DNA of 64,000 nucleotides from Antedon mediterranea. Its lineage: Eukaryota; Animalia; Echinodermata. The notes beneath the pieces were generated by a model. The model was not told where the DNA came from and made no database searches. It was given only the letters and a program-made list of their open reading frames with translations. The translations under genes and the position numbers were made by a program. Of the stretch, positions 51,119 to 64,000 are shown one piece after another. Within the stretch, counting starts at the first letter, position 1. Every line of letters starts with the position of its first letter. The stretch is from the NCBI RefSeq assembly GCF_964355755.1, contig NC_092678.1:822422-886421 (forward strand). The letters run 5' to 3'.

Positions 51119-54100
51119 TTACAAGCCGCCGAGAACAGCACTATCACTTTCATCATTGTTTTGGAATTCATAATTACAGAACGGCGTATCATCTTTGTCG
51201 TGGTTCATGTCCGGTAAATTGACGCCATGGTCTTTGTTGATATAAGAACGAGGTAACCGGTTACTGTGGATAAAATAGTAAGTGAAATAACTATTAAATG
51301 CACCGCTATACACGTGCCAACAACTATTAAACGTACACCAAAACACGCGCCAACAGCTATTAAACGCACACCAACACACGCGCCAACAGCTATTAAACGC
51401 ACACCACCACCACACGCGCCAACAGCTATTAAACGCACACCAACACACGCGCCAACAGCTACTGTAAACCACCATTAAACGTAAACAATCGCGTCATTGA
51501 AATATCATCTTTGTCATGGTAATCATCATTTTTCAATCATCACAAGAAATCACCTCACTCCAATTAACAATACATTTGTTTTCATACCGTTCATTTTTCT
51601 TCCTAATTATCAAGATGGCGGCAACAATAATGATGAACAAGATCAGAACAATAACTATTATTACTAGTCCTACAACCACCGCTGAGTTATCAGAACCTGC
51701 AATGACAAACAATACAAAATGAACTATAATATTACTAAACTATTTCTTGAGAGTCTTCACATGAGTGTTCCCACTTGGACTCGCAACGCAATAAGTAATT
51801 TGACCAATCACATCATCATCATTCGAACAACTGGTCGCTTGTGATTGGTCAACTCACTGGAGTCTGCTGAGTGGGAACGACGCATAATTGAATTGAATAT
51901 CATTTGAATATTTCAAATTGATGGGCCTATAGAACGAGGTATTATATTGCTTACCGTTGTTTTCACCTCGATAAGTATCGACATTTGGTGGTTTCTTTTC
52001 TGTGACCTTTTCAGTCACTTTTTCAGTTTTCTTTGTCACTGCTGGTGTTTTTGTAGTAGGAGCAGGTTTAATTTCTGCAATAATAATTATGAGAAAATGT
52101 GATGAAAAGTAAAGATGTATTATATTGGCGAGTACGGGAACCATTGAATTATCACTGCGATCACCAATAGAGGGGGTAATAGTGTTTTTGCTGCCATCAC
52201 AAATTGTTGACAATCAACTTTTGTTATTTATTTACCCATACCTTGCTAAATTAATTAGTTTAAAAGCAAGTAGTCCTCTATTTATGATGAGGTGCAAATA
52301 AATACTATCTTAACTAAGTTAAGTATTACATGAATAATAAAGGTGTATTGGAGGAGAAATAGATTATTTTGCCTACGGGAGTACGGGAACCATTGAACTA
52401 TTAATGTGATCACCAATAGAGGGGGTAGTTGTGTTTTTTGCTCCGATCATGATTTTTGAAGAATAAAGAGATGCTTGGATACTAGTATTAAGAGATGCTT
52501 GGATACTAGTATTAAGAGATGCTTGGATACTAGTATTAACGCAGTTTTTTCATAAATAAATGTGTATACATTATTATGTTGGGGAAATAAATTGATTTAT
52601 TTTTATAAGTACGGGAAGACTATATGATATCTGTATTAATAGAGAATAAAACAGAATGGATTTTAAAGCCGGTTTATTTCTGAAGAATATGAATAAAGCA
52701 GAGTTAATCTCACGTTGACAAGAAGGCGGTTGTCCCTTCCAGACGCCGCCTGCACTGCAGATCATATAGCCTCTCGTCTTAGAGTTATCTTCATAGCCGT
52801 CCTGGCAGTCGTAAAACACAACGGAGCTGAACGGATGCGATGTGTCCACTGAACGCACTTTTGCGAACGATATCTCAGGAGGTTTGTAACAAATAATTGC
52901 TAAAAGAAAAGTTGTACTCTTGTAAAAATTTCGAGGTACTTAATTTTATTTTAATAGTTTTAATAGTCTTTAAAGTAATTTCACCATTTCAAACCCCAAT
53001 GGAAACTAATTTTTTTTTAGGATTAATTAAGTTGTCTTGAATTCATCATCAAATGTTTTCCTTAGTTTTTTCTGATGTTTTTCATTTGACTGTTTTTATT
53101 TATGATGTATGAGTTGAATTCGGAATAAAAACAAACAGCAAAAATCATTTGCGAAATTCCTGAAATTTGAAAATCTTACTTTTGCATGTTGGTAGAGGAT
53201 TGTCCCATTGGCAATCGTCTGTACACGTCAGTGTATCAGCACCAATCAGCTCAAAGCCATCATTACACGTGATCTTTAGCGTATCTTCCAACTCGTACTC
53301 ATCTTCCTTTGGTGTTACGTCACCGTTACAAATATCACCAGGATACATACACGCTCCTGTACAAACAAAATATTTTGTTTGAATATTATTATCGCAAATA
53401 GCGTGCGCGACGCATGGTGGAAAGGTTTGGGACCAAACGTCAGGACGCGTACGTACATGATGTTATTGTTTGTACACACGCGTCGTGACGTTTTGCTCCT
53501 AAACCCTTTCCCATCATGCACTCTGCAATGATTTGCGATAAACCTTATTAATGGTGCAAAGTTTCTAAAGCCCTGTCTACACCTTCAAACTTTATGTGAC
53601 AATAAATGTGATGTGCCCATAATAATACATATTTCTAGAGCGCACTTACTTCGCCACCAAAGGTGCTTAAGGCGCCTTCAATATAGACGCGGTGACGTCA
53701 TATTACTACCATGGGCACATCACATTTTTTTTGTCAAAAAAGTTATGATAGAGTGTAGACAGAGCTTAGACGACGAGAGAATAATTAAAATCGTTAAACT
53801 TACTTCGGCAATAAACTCCAGCTTCATCCGCTTGTCTGCACGGTGACGGGCCAAGCCGTTTATTACACTCCCGTAGGTGCGTCTCTGATCCCGAACATTT
53901 CACTGTATTCCACACCAATTCTGTCAGGCTAGGAAACTCGCCTTTCACAGCTGACCTTGCCGCGCAAAAACCAACTTCACGACAAGCGACCTTTGCTGCA
54001 TCAATGTCCCAGCCGTTGCCGCATATTCCACCCCATCTACCACCAACAAGCACCTCTACTCGCCCTCCTATTTCGTCTTCGCCATTGTTCACCAACCTCA

Positions 54101-56232
54101 CCTCTGGAGTAAAAAAAAAAAAGAAGTTAAGATTGCTTTAAATATAAATATTATAGGCTAACGCGCATCGTCGTCTTAAAGCAATTCTCAATATTACTGC
54201 GCATAGCGTTCCGAGCACCTTTGCTGGAGAAGTGCGCATTGTGATTTTACCAATCACAAACCATTCTTGACTTGAACAACTGCGCGTCGGACGAATATCC
54301 GCGTCGGACGAATATCCGCGTCGGACGAATATCTACATTGGATGAATATCCACATTGGATCAATATCCACATCGGATCAATATCCACATACGTCATAAAA
54401 ATACTGGTTTCTTACCGGCACACTCGACTTTTACAATAGTGTCCGAGTCACATGTACCGTTCGTGTACGCGCAGTTGGTCAGAGTGGACTCAGCGCCCGT
54501 GCATTCTATATTGCGTATGTTGGTGGGATAGTTCGCTCTTGGCACGCCAGAGTAGCTTGTCGCAGTCGTGTTGAACAGTTGACTGCAAACGATACTGGCT
54601 GCTGTCATGTTGAAGCCTTTAATACACACTCCAGTCCAATCACCATTCTGTAAAACGTCTACGATTCCACTCATGCTGTCCGTGTTTTCATTATCGGAAC
54701 GAAGGCGAATGTCTGAAATCAAAATATTTAACACATTTACTTGTTGGGAACACAGATTTGGCTGTTTTGCGTTGGAAGACAACAACTATACTATCGTTAA
54801 ACTACACGTGGCCTTTTTTCAAGGACATTATGTCGATAAAATTAGTCCCGAACGGCGCCCCGTACACGTCTATATTTTGCAATACACACCTGTACACATG
54901 ACACCTGCATCTTCATTGTGATTACAATTATGGGTTGTCCATCCAAGATGAGTGCAATCATGTAGATTATCTTCCGAGCCAGTGCACTGAACACCATCTA
55001 ACATAATCGGACCTATGCCACTCCCATATGCACCGCAACACCGCGACGCCTTTAGCGTTTTCGGTAAATAGCCGCCAAGTTGGCGACAGACGACCACTGC
55101 GTCGTTGTAGTCCCAACCATCGTCACACACCGTTCCCCATTCGCCACTGTGATACACCTCAACACGGCCTTCTAGAGGGTTAGGCCCATCAACCAGTCGA
55201 ACTGGAAGACCTACATATGAAACAATATAAACGCATTTTCAACTGAAACTAATAGAAAACTGAAAACCGATCCTATTTAGTCAAGTTTGGTCCCTACTTT
55301 TTGACGCAACGTAAGGATGTAGGCGCATAGCAAGTAATTTTACCAATCACGGCGGCGCAATGAACATCCGAACCGTCGCTTGCGATTGGTCAACTCACTT
55401 GCGTCGCGCCTACGTTATTGCGTTAAGTTTTAAGTTTTAATTGTACAATATTCCGCCGTACCACGCCGAGAATGTTAAAGAGTCGCTATCCAATCGAGTT
55501 CGAACAATACCATGAAAGCCCCAGTGGTCTAATGGTTAGGACATCTGCGGTCCGAGTTCGAGTCTCGGTTGGGGCGACTTTTTCTCATTCTCACAGATTT
55601 CTTCATCTTTATCGTTTCAAATTAATTAATTACATTTCAGTATATCACCGGGCGGTTTAGAATTAATGTTCTTTGCCTGATGTGTTTATATATATATATA
55701 TTGTTATATTTCTTTTATTCCTGTCCACCCAGGCAGCACTTGCCAACTCTTATGCTATGACTTTATCCAAATTCCCTCACTTGCACTGATGAAGGGCTAG
55801 TGTTGCCCGAAAGCTCTGCTAACTTTTCTAGCTGTTTTGACTTTATCGTTTTGATTTAGATTTTTGCTTTTTTTTGTATCTCCATTGAGATCCAGCCACT
55901 GACACCCACAGCATTGTCATTTTTTTCAGTAATTTGCCTTTGGATTTATATATATATATTGTATATATAAACAAATCAGGCAAAGAACAGTAATTCTAAA
56001 CCGCCCGGTGATATACTGAAATTTAATTAATTAATTTTATACGATAAAGATGAGGAAATCTGTGACTCGAACTCGGACCGCCTGCTTGATATGCAGATGT
56101 CCTAACCATTAGACCACTGGGGCTTTCATGGTATTGTTCGAACTCGATTGGATAGCGACTCTTTAACATTCTCGGCGTGGTACCGCGGAACAGGCACTAG
56201 TCCTCAGTTGTACGCACGCGTAATAGAGATCA

Positions 56233-56265
<33 letters not shown>

Positions 56266-59200
56266 CGTACGATATTTAATTTAATAAATGTGAGTGTTTA
56301 TCATAATCCTACATTAATGTAATAGTATCAACATTGTACCTCGTTCACATTCAATCATGATATCTTGATCGTGTGAACAGGAGGTAAATCCTCCCCATTG
56401 ATCGTGCTTGCAGTCATCCAGCGTTCCTTCCGTTCCGTTACAACCTAAATTTGACACCAGGATCGGTCCGTCAGATTTTGGCGGGATTTCGTCACTTCGT
56501 AAAGTGATTCGTTTGACATTGTAACCACCCATCATACTGCAGATTACACGCGCGTCGTTTATGTCGTATCCACGGTTACAGATCGTTCCCCATTCGTTGT
56601 TATGGAACACTTCCACGCGCCCGATTAGTTCAGTTGCTCCGCCCACGATACGAATTGGTCCTATTTGTAAAAAGAAAAAAAAACACACATTTTAAAATGG
56701 AAAGAGTAAATGAAATTCGAAGCTTTTCAGTTCGCCGATACAATTACAAACAACTCATGGCGCATTACGCAATACGCAGTATAAATACTGTGTTATCAAT
56801 CTTTAAGACAGTGTTTGTACTGGGCCACCTTCGAAAATGAGATCGATGTCATGTAAACAACAAGAGTGGAAATTAGAGGTGTTTAATTTTAGTGATTTAG
56901 GAAAAACCAGATTGGTAAAAAGTAATTTAATAAACAAATAAACAAAATGTTTACGTTTGCATATGACGCCGACATCTTCTTCATGGCGACAGTTATGCTT
57001 TCCCCATCCATTGTGACGACATAGCTCTATGGAATCTTCTGTGCCTAAACACGCCAGGTCATCCAGTATGATATTGCCACTACCGGGACCAAAGCTCTTG
57101 CAACACTGGCTAGAATCCGTTCCTTGGTAGCCTAGCATTGTACAGATTACTTTGGCATCAGTGATACCAAAGCTATCGTCACAAATAGTGCCCCATTCAC
57201 CGTCGTGGAATATTTCAACTCGACCCTCTAGTGCGTTATTTCCGTTAGCTAGACGCACAAGTAATTCTTCGTTTCCTGTAAAACAATCAAACACAACCTG
57301 ATCTAAATTGCTATTTGTTGAGAAACATAAATCTGCTAGTTCCATACTGGGTTTCTTATTAAAGTAATCGGACACTTTCTAGTGAAAATAAAAATCGTAC
57401 AAGGAAAGCAAGAATTTATACACGCTTTTTGATTGGTGGTAAAAACCAATCATCCGCGCAAACATTCGACGTGTGTGTGATTGCGCGTTGCGCATACGTC
57501 GTTGTGTTGCGCTCGTCCAAGTGGGAAAACGGCGTAAAACGTTGAACAATTAGAATTGGTTTTTAGCAGCATGGTCTTTTATATTTCTGTTTCGTATTTT
57601 AAATAAATCAAATATGATGCATTAAAATAAAGCACGTACCACAATATTCGCCGGGAGCTCCAATATCACATATTTCATACCTAGCATCAGGGTCTGTGGT
57701 ATAACACCACGCATTGGTATACTGATCTGGGTTACGGCAGAAATTGTGATCTCCCAGGCCCCCGTTAGGATAGCGTTCAGGCGTCCTTTCGTGCTGGTGA
57801 GGGTACTGTGACGTCCATCTCTGACACGTCTTACCGGTGATTGTGGTATTTACCGAGCCTCGGTAGTCTGATCCATCGTGCCTATTAGAACATTCTGATG
57901 ATAACAAAAACAAGTAGTGATCATTAATTATTGTGTATTTAAAAAAAAAATATATATATTTATATATATAATATTATTTCTACTACTTTAATTAATATTT
58001 AATTATTGTTTATTGTATTTGATACATTTATTAGTGTATTTTATACTGGTGAAACCAGGCTTAAACCTCTATATTGAGCTTATTTGGTCTATTAGTGTAC
58101 TTTGTGTACTGGTGAAACCAGGCTTAAACCTCTATATTGAGCTTATTTGGTCTATTGATGTATTTTGTACTGGTGAAACCAGGCTTTAAGCTCTATATTG
58201 AGCTTATTTGGTCTTTTCCAGGCTTTGCATTTTTTATTTAATACCTTGAATTATTTTGTAAAACTATTAAGTTTGATGCATTGTGAAATAAAAACGAACG
58301 AACGAACGAACGAATTTATATGTCATTTAAGTTCGTCTGTATGTCAGTTTGAAGCAAGCACTATTCTACGCCTATCTCTATGGTCTATACATACCTCCAC
58401 AGCCTAGAAGTTCAAATCGGAGACTAATTTGTCCCCTCCACGTCATCGAATTCATTCGAATAAATCTTCCCATTACCGGTTTATTAAAGTAGTTTGTTAC
58501 AACAGAATTATCGTCCGTATTTCCTACAAATACCTACAAAATAAATAAAACGCCGCTGATGAATGAAGATAGGTTTTTGGTATGACTGATTACAAATAGT
58601 AGGGAGACTATGATTTGCGACGACCGACTCAGTCGTCGATGACATAGGAGCAGGTTAGTTTATGTCAACTGATGTGACGTCGGCTGGACAAAAAAACCAT
58701 CACAACTTTGTCGAGGTATAGAGGAAAACCTCTTCGCATGAGCACAATGAATTAGGTCGTCGCAAATCAAGAGCTTCCTACTCTAGAGTCTTAACACAAT
58801 AAGTGAAGAGAATGATGTTTAAAATACCAGATAAATACAAATACTTATTCAACACAGAACCTGTCAAACAAAGTTGTCACTACTCACCATACTGGTACTG
58901 GATTTGCGCACATCAGCCCAAGTGTTTCCATCTTGGCTATACTGTAACCGGAATTGTCGAACGTATTCGCCAGAACGGTTTCTGCCCTGTGTTTGTATGC
59001 CAGACACAATGTGAGGCACTCTTAGATCTACCTTGATCCATTGCATACTGGTTGAGAAAACTGGTTTCCAGGCAACGCCACTACCGCCAGGTACGTCTAA
59101 ATTCAGTCGTGCTTTTGAGGGCGCGTATAACGGAGAGGCAAACGATGACGCACTTATTCGAATATCATCAATATTTCTATTTTCCATTCCTAGAGGATCT

Positions 59201-62200
59201 CTACAATCTATAAATAGATCAAGTTTATCCACAATTATTAAGGTTATTTCACACATGTACAGTGTCATTTTGTTATGCTTAGCTAGGCTGGTCTGGTGTA
59301 ATCAGGAGAGATATTTATTTCACTCTTCCCTGGTATAATATCATTTACTTACTTAATTACTTAATACTTACGTTCACTAATGTCGGTGGAAGGTGTCGGA
59401 ATAAACCCACCAGTAGTGGGCACGGTTGCGTTCACTTCTATACCATCTAAAAAAACACACATAATATTGTTTGTGAGTGGTGACAATAGAACCAGATTGA
59501 TTAGTTACCTCGGTTATGTGCACATAATAATATATTAAGAATAATTTGAACATTAAAAATATCAATGCACTAAACAATGGCTGGTTTGTGGGGAGATAGA
59601 CTTCAACTGTACGGTTCACATAATTTATTTTGTTGACAAAAGTAAGAATGCACCGAACGGCGCCCCGTACAACTGACCTGAAGTATCGCACACAACTCCT
59701 GCGTCTTCGTGGTGGCCGCAGTTGTGATCTCCCCAATCAGGGTGTCGACACTCATCTAGACGAGATTCTGCTCCAGTACACAAAAGGTTGTCTAAATGTA
59801 TCGCGCCTGTTCCTTGGCCAAACTTCCTTACTGGTGTGTCCTGATTGGCTCCGCGGTATCCCAGTTGCCGGCAGACGACATTAGCCTCTTCTGTGCCGAA
59901 GTCATCATCACACACGGTGCCCCATGTTCCAGAGTAGAAGATTTCCAAACGTCCCTCCCCTTCGTTAACTCCGTCTTTTAGACGAATGTTTCCAGATTCT
60001 ATAAAATATAGAGAAATTGATATCACGTATCTTAAAAACACGGTATGCTTTCGTAAGATAACTGTATGATAATGTAGCACAACAAAATGGCTGGCTCAAA
60101 TATGGCTCAATTAATTAAGTTTAAAAAAACTGCATATATACCTCTACATTGTATTGTAGCAACCCGTCCACTAGTACATGTAAAATTACCCCATGATGCA
60201 ACGGTGCAATTCGCTAGAATGGTCTCATTTCCCGAACACTTCAATCCTTTCATAAAAACGGCAGATTCCTGAGGAACACTTCCGTATTGAGCCGGCTCTG
60301 TCATGTGCAGTTGATAGCAGAACACCTTGGCAGCATTTTCATCGAAATCTTCAAAGCAGATATTTCCCCACTGGCCTTCGTGCAAAGTTTCGATCACTCC
60401 GTCCCAGTCAGAAGTAAGGTTCCCTTGAGAGATTCGAATGTCTACAAGGTAAAAGGTAGATAATAAAGAATAACAATAACAATTCTATGTGTATTATATT
60501 TTATATCATACAAACTAACTATACCTGTGTATTCTACGCCAGAATTACGTCAAGACTGCAAGCTGTCACTTGATAATATCTAACCGACAATTGCAAGTCA
60601 GCTAGATACAATCTATGTGTATTATATTTTATATCATACAAACTAACTATATCTGTGCATTCTACGCCAGAATTACGTCAAGACTGCAAGCTGTCACTTG
60701 ATAATATCTAACCGACAATTGCAAGTCAGCTAGATACAATCTATGTGTATTATATTTTATATCATACAAACTAACTATATCTGTGCATTCTACGCCAGAA
60801 TTACGTCAAGACTGCAAGCTGTCACTTGATAATATCTAACCGACAATTGCAAGTCAGCTAGATACAATCTATGTGTATTATATTTTATATCATACAAACT
60901 AACTATATCTGTGCATTCTACGCCAGAATTACGTCAAGACTGCAAGCTGTCACTTGATAATACCTAACCGACAATTGCAAGTCAGCTAGATACAATCTAT
61001 GTGTATTATATTTTATATCATACAAGCTAACTATACCTGTGTATTCTACGCCAGAATTACGTCAAGACTACAAGCGGTCACTTAATAATATCTAACCGAC
61101 AATTGAAAGTCAGCTAGATACAATTATATGTGTATTAAATATTATATCATAAAAGCTTACTATACCTGTGCATTCTACGCCAGAATCCTCATGATGCCCA
61201 CAGTTATGAGTTCCCCAACCACTGTGAACACAATCTTCGATTCGGTTTTCCACTCCCGTGCAACTGAGGTTGTCCAGATGAATTACTCCTGTTCCTGTCC
61301 CGTAAACGGCGCAGCATTTTGCTGAATTACTTTGTTTGACTGCATAGTTACCAAGATGGCGACATGCAACAACTGCATCGAAAAAGTCCCATCCGTCGTC
61401 GCAGATTGTGCCCCACTGTCCGTTATAAAACAGCTCTACTCGGCCTTCTAAATGGTTGTTGCCATTCACCAGTCGGATCTTAGTAGCACCTAAAAATACA
61501 AACAACGTATTGTTGTTGTCGGAATCTTTATAATTGTTGTTTATGATGTGGATTACTGATATGAGAGTCTATAAATAATAAATATTATTTCAACAAGAAT
61601 ATAGGTGAATCAATCCAGTTAATTTGACTTGACCGTTTTGCTTAAACATATGTTGTTTGTTTTTAATTATTCTATAAATGTTTAACCTAAAAACATGTTT
61701 AAAATGTCATTACCTACGCACTCTACAGCTGCGATCTTATTCGACGGGCACGTTGATTGCCAGGGGCCATGTGGGCAATCGGTAAACATAGCCTCATCAC
61801 CATTGCACGCCATGTTAGTAGTAATAACCTCTCCACCAAAATCATCAAGATCTAACTCAAAGGCTCGAACGGCACTTGTGTTGAAGAGCTGCCGACAGAT
61901 AACAGACGCGTCGTTTATGTCCCAGCCATCTGCGCATATCTTACCCCACGTACGGTTGTTAACGATCTCTATGTAGCCCTCTGATGCTGAAGCAAACGTA
62001 GAGCCCACAACTCGAACATCTGTCATATAACAATTAAATATGTGTTTGTTATACAAACACAGTAATACAAAAAATAAGGCAATTGTATGGCATTCATCCT
62101 CAATTGATGAAATTCGGATTAGGCCCTCTACGTACCCACGAAAGCTACAGTGCAGCTCCCAACATCACAAACGATTGAGGACGTAACGCAAGGACTTAAC

Positions 62201-62696
62201 CGCAACGCAAGTAATTTTCCCAATAATGACGCGATGAATCATTATTGGTCAAAATGCTTGCGGCGCGCTTACGTCAACGCGCATGCGTTGCTTCCTAGGG
62301 AACAACCAAACTTAAAATAGCAAAGGCAACTATTCTGAGAGATATTTTTTTAATTGTTTGAAACCTGTTACGTACCTGTACACACGACTCCTGCATCCTC
62401 ATTATGGTTACAATTATGGTTTTTAAATCCGTTATGACGACATTCGTCCAACTTGTTCTCAAAGCCTGTACACTGTACATTATCAAGGAATACTTCACCA
62501 ATTCCAGGCCCGTATGCCCCGCAACATTTGGCAGAATTACTGGAACGTGTCGCGTAATTACCAAGCTGGCGGCAAATAACCGCCGCTTCGTTGGAGTCGA
62601 ACGAGTCGTCGCAAACGGTACCCCATTCGCCGTCGTTAAACAACTCTACACGTCCTTCTAGCTTATTTTTTCCATCCGCCAGACGGACATTAAAAG
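51119..62696 (-). CDS. Mosaic scavenger-receptor cysteine-rich (SRCR/DMBT1-like) type I membrane protein: SRCRx5 - linker - FA58C/discoidin - kringle - SRCRx5 - sushix2 - Thr/Lys stalk - TM - short tail; 5' end not resolved
   Basis: Phase-compatible exons: SRCR 62376-62696, 61714-62019, 61166-61489, 60142-60441, 59678-59998; linker 59372-59446; FA58C 58888-59207 and 58395-58533; kringle 57640-57894 (NFCRNPD, WCYT); SRCR 56955-57275, 56340-56660, 54890-55210, 54416-54712, 53804-54103; sushi 53180-53356 and 52714-52899; stalk 51955-52074; TM 51588-51696; tail 51119-51263. SRCR motifs GRVE..WGTVCDD..HNC.H.EDAGV.C are present. Confidence 0.92.
51290..51465. repeat. About 33-bp intronic tandem repeat (aacagctattaaacgcacaccaacacacgcgcc), about 5 copies
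   Basis: Tandem repetition in the last intron of the SRCR gene. Confidence 0.85.
53568..53766. mobile_element. MITE family A, intronic copy
   Basis: agccctgtctacaccttcaaact ... gatagagtgtagacagagct. Confidence 0.75.
55451..56190. mobile_element. Composite: two inverted copies (about 240 bp) of a tRNA-containing, (TA)n-tailed repeat flanking a Penelope-like hammerhead fragment
   Basis: 55451-55700 is the reverse complement of about 55950-56190. The tRNA-like segment is gccccagtggtctaatggttaggac...gagttcgagtc. TA runs mark all inner junctions. Confidence 0.8.
55781..55820 (+). ncRNA. Minimal type I hammerhead ribozyme (Penelope-associated type)
   Basis: gca-CTGATGA-a-gggc(tagtgtt)gccc-GAAA-gc-TC-tgc: intact core, 4-bp stem II, palindromic AGCT in place of stem III and 3-bp stem I. 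Predicted cleavage is after C55816. Confidence 0.7.
58045..58215. repeat. About 61-bp tandem repeat, 3 copies, intronic
   Basis: Unit tactggtgaaaccaggcttaaacctctatattgagcttatttggtct... Confidence 0.85.
60480..61185. repeat. 127-bp tandem array (about 5.5 copies) that includes the exon end and splice donor of an SRCR exon
   Basis: The unit contains tatacctgtgcattctacgccagaat, identical to the exon/intron junction at 61161-61186. Confidence 0.9.
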
Positions 62697-63137
62697 CTGT
62701 GTAAACAATTAAAGTAGGCTATTAGTGTTTTGTTTAAAACCAGTAATACAAAAAAGGAATATGACAGTTCTAATAACAATTTTGTATTTTGCAAAAAAAA
62801 TCAGCAAGGAGGTATAATACAAGGTATGAATGTTATATGATGAAACTCGCTATGTCGAAATAGATTTATGAATTAATTACTGTAAGGTCGAATTATGATT
62901 TTGAAAGTATCTGTGAGCGGGGTTGTTTTTGGCATTACGAGGCAATAGTACTATATTATTGTTCGTTTCACTTTCTCTAAGGTTGTGTTCGTAAAATCTA
63001 AATAACGCAATGCTATATCAATATATAACATTGAATTTGATTTCCAATCGTTTTACGCAGGTAACAGTAGTAATTATAAGATTAAATACGATTTGACGCG
63101 TTCAAACATAGATAATAACGGTAAATGTTATTTAGGC

Positions 63138-63312
63138 CTACGCACGCGCCGATATGATGAGCCCAAACATTGATAACAATGATACATTATATTTACGCGC
63201 GCGTCGATATGATGAGTTCCACCATGGATAACAATGGTACATTTTATTTACGCGCGTGTCGACATGATGAGACCAAATATTGATAATAAAGGTACAATGT
63301 ATTTATGCGCGT
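63138..63312. repeat. About 55-bp degenerate tandem repeat, 3 copies
   Basis: Unit ttacgcgcgtgtcgacatgatgag...gataacaatggtaca. Confidence 0.7.
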
Positions 63313-64000
63313 GTAAACTCGTCACTGAAGATATCAGCATGTAATAAAATTGCATTGTGATTTTGACCTTAAGTGCCCGGAACAAAGTCACGCTAGCATG
63401 TAATTGAGATCCTATATATCCTCTACTTAATATCAATAAAATGAAAACCTTTGGCAATTGAGGAAACGTTGTAAAGCAAGGGATGTCGCTATAACATATC
63501 CCTAAAATACAGCTAGTGTTCCTTTGCACAACAGTGTGTACTTAAACACGTTGTTAAGTAACAATAGGTGTGTTTATGTTAGCATAGGCAAGGAAATACT
63601 TGTATTAACAGTCTCCTATTTATTTAAATAAACTTCCACACATAGAGATGAACACTTTCTATCGCATATGTAGTTTTATACATACATCCTGACCAAGGCA
63701 TAGTGTTTTCGCAACTTTCTTTCTGGCTGTTTAACTTCACCATTTTGATTCAGGTTTTTGCTTGTTTGAAATTCACAACATTGCTATTTTTCAGTAATGT
63801 ATCAATATGTGTATGATAATTTGAGTTTTGTTTAGCTTTTTATTTCGACTGAACCACAGTTCAGTTTCGGTAATTTTCTTCTTTTTCCAAATTTATGACT
63901 TACATTAACGAATGTTCATAATAATTTTATTATGATGTTTATTTTAGATTATTTATTTTAGAATATAAAAATCTATAGAAAATAACTAAGCTTCATAACT

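Noticed and set aside
55518-55576. Functional tRNA gene
   Set aside because: This copy lacks the anticodon arm and the inverted copy lacks the 3' acceptor strand; both are part of a repeat.
63248-63743. First (signal-peptide) exon of the SRCR gene
   Set aside because: Candidates either give the wrong phase (63449-63501 and the 55-bp repeat donors) or lack a hydrophobic signal (about 63686-63743). The 5' end is left unresolved and may lie beyond the window.

Overview
AT-rich eukaryotic genomic DNA with spliced GT-AG genes. It is most likely from an invertebrate deuterostome such as an echinoderm, which is an inference from gene content and repeat types. I can support five protein-coding genes. 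(1) An RD3-family gene (+, 4957-5529). (2) A PRRT3/PRRT4-like multipass membrane protein (-, 31331-32809). (3) A 10-exon type I membrane protein whose ectodomain is a stand-alone PCSK9 C-terminal Cys-rich domain plus a sushi domain, with no protease domain (-, 38739-42973). (4) A 7-exon class II helical cytokine (interferon/IL-10-type) receptor-like gene with the diagnostic 1-2-1-0-1-0 intron phases and an in-frame TAA at a conserved Tyr (-, 45648-49889). (5) A 5'-incomplete mosaic scavenger receptor: SRCRx5-FA58C-kringle-SRCRx5-sushix2-TM (-, 51119-62696). Genes 3-5 form a compact co-oriented cluster of immune-type receptors. The rest is MITEs (Harbinger-, hAT- and Kolobok-like), a Helitron, a Helentron-type element, tRNA-derived SINEs, Penelope-like fragments with a minimal hammerhead ribozyme, and many minisatellites, including a 3.7-kb array of a 32-bp unit. 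Gene models were assembled by hand from splice sites and frame continuity. Family calls are from recalled motifs, not database searches.
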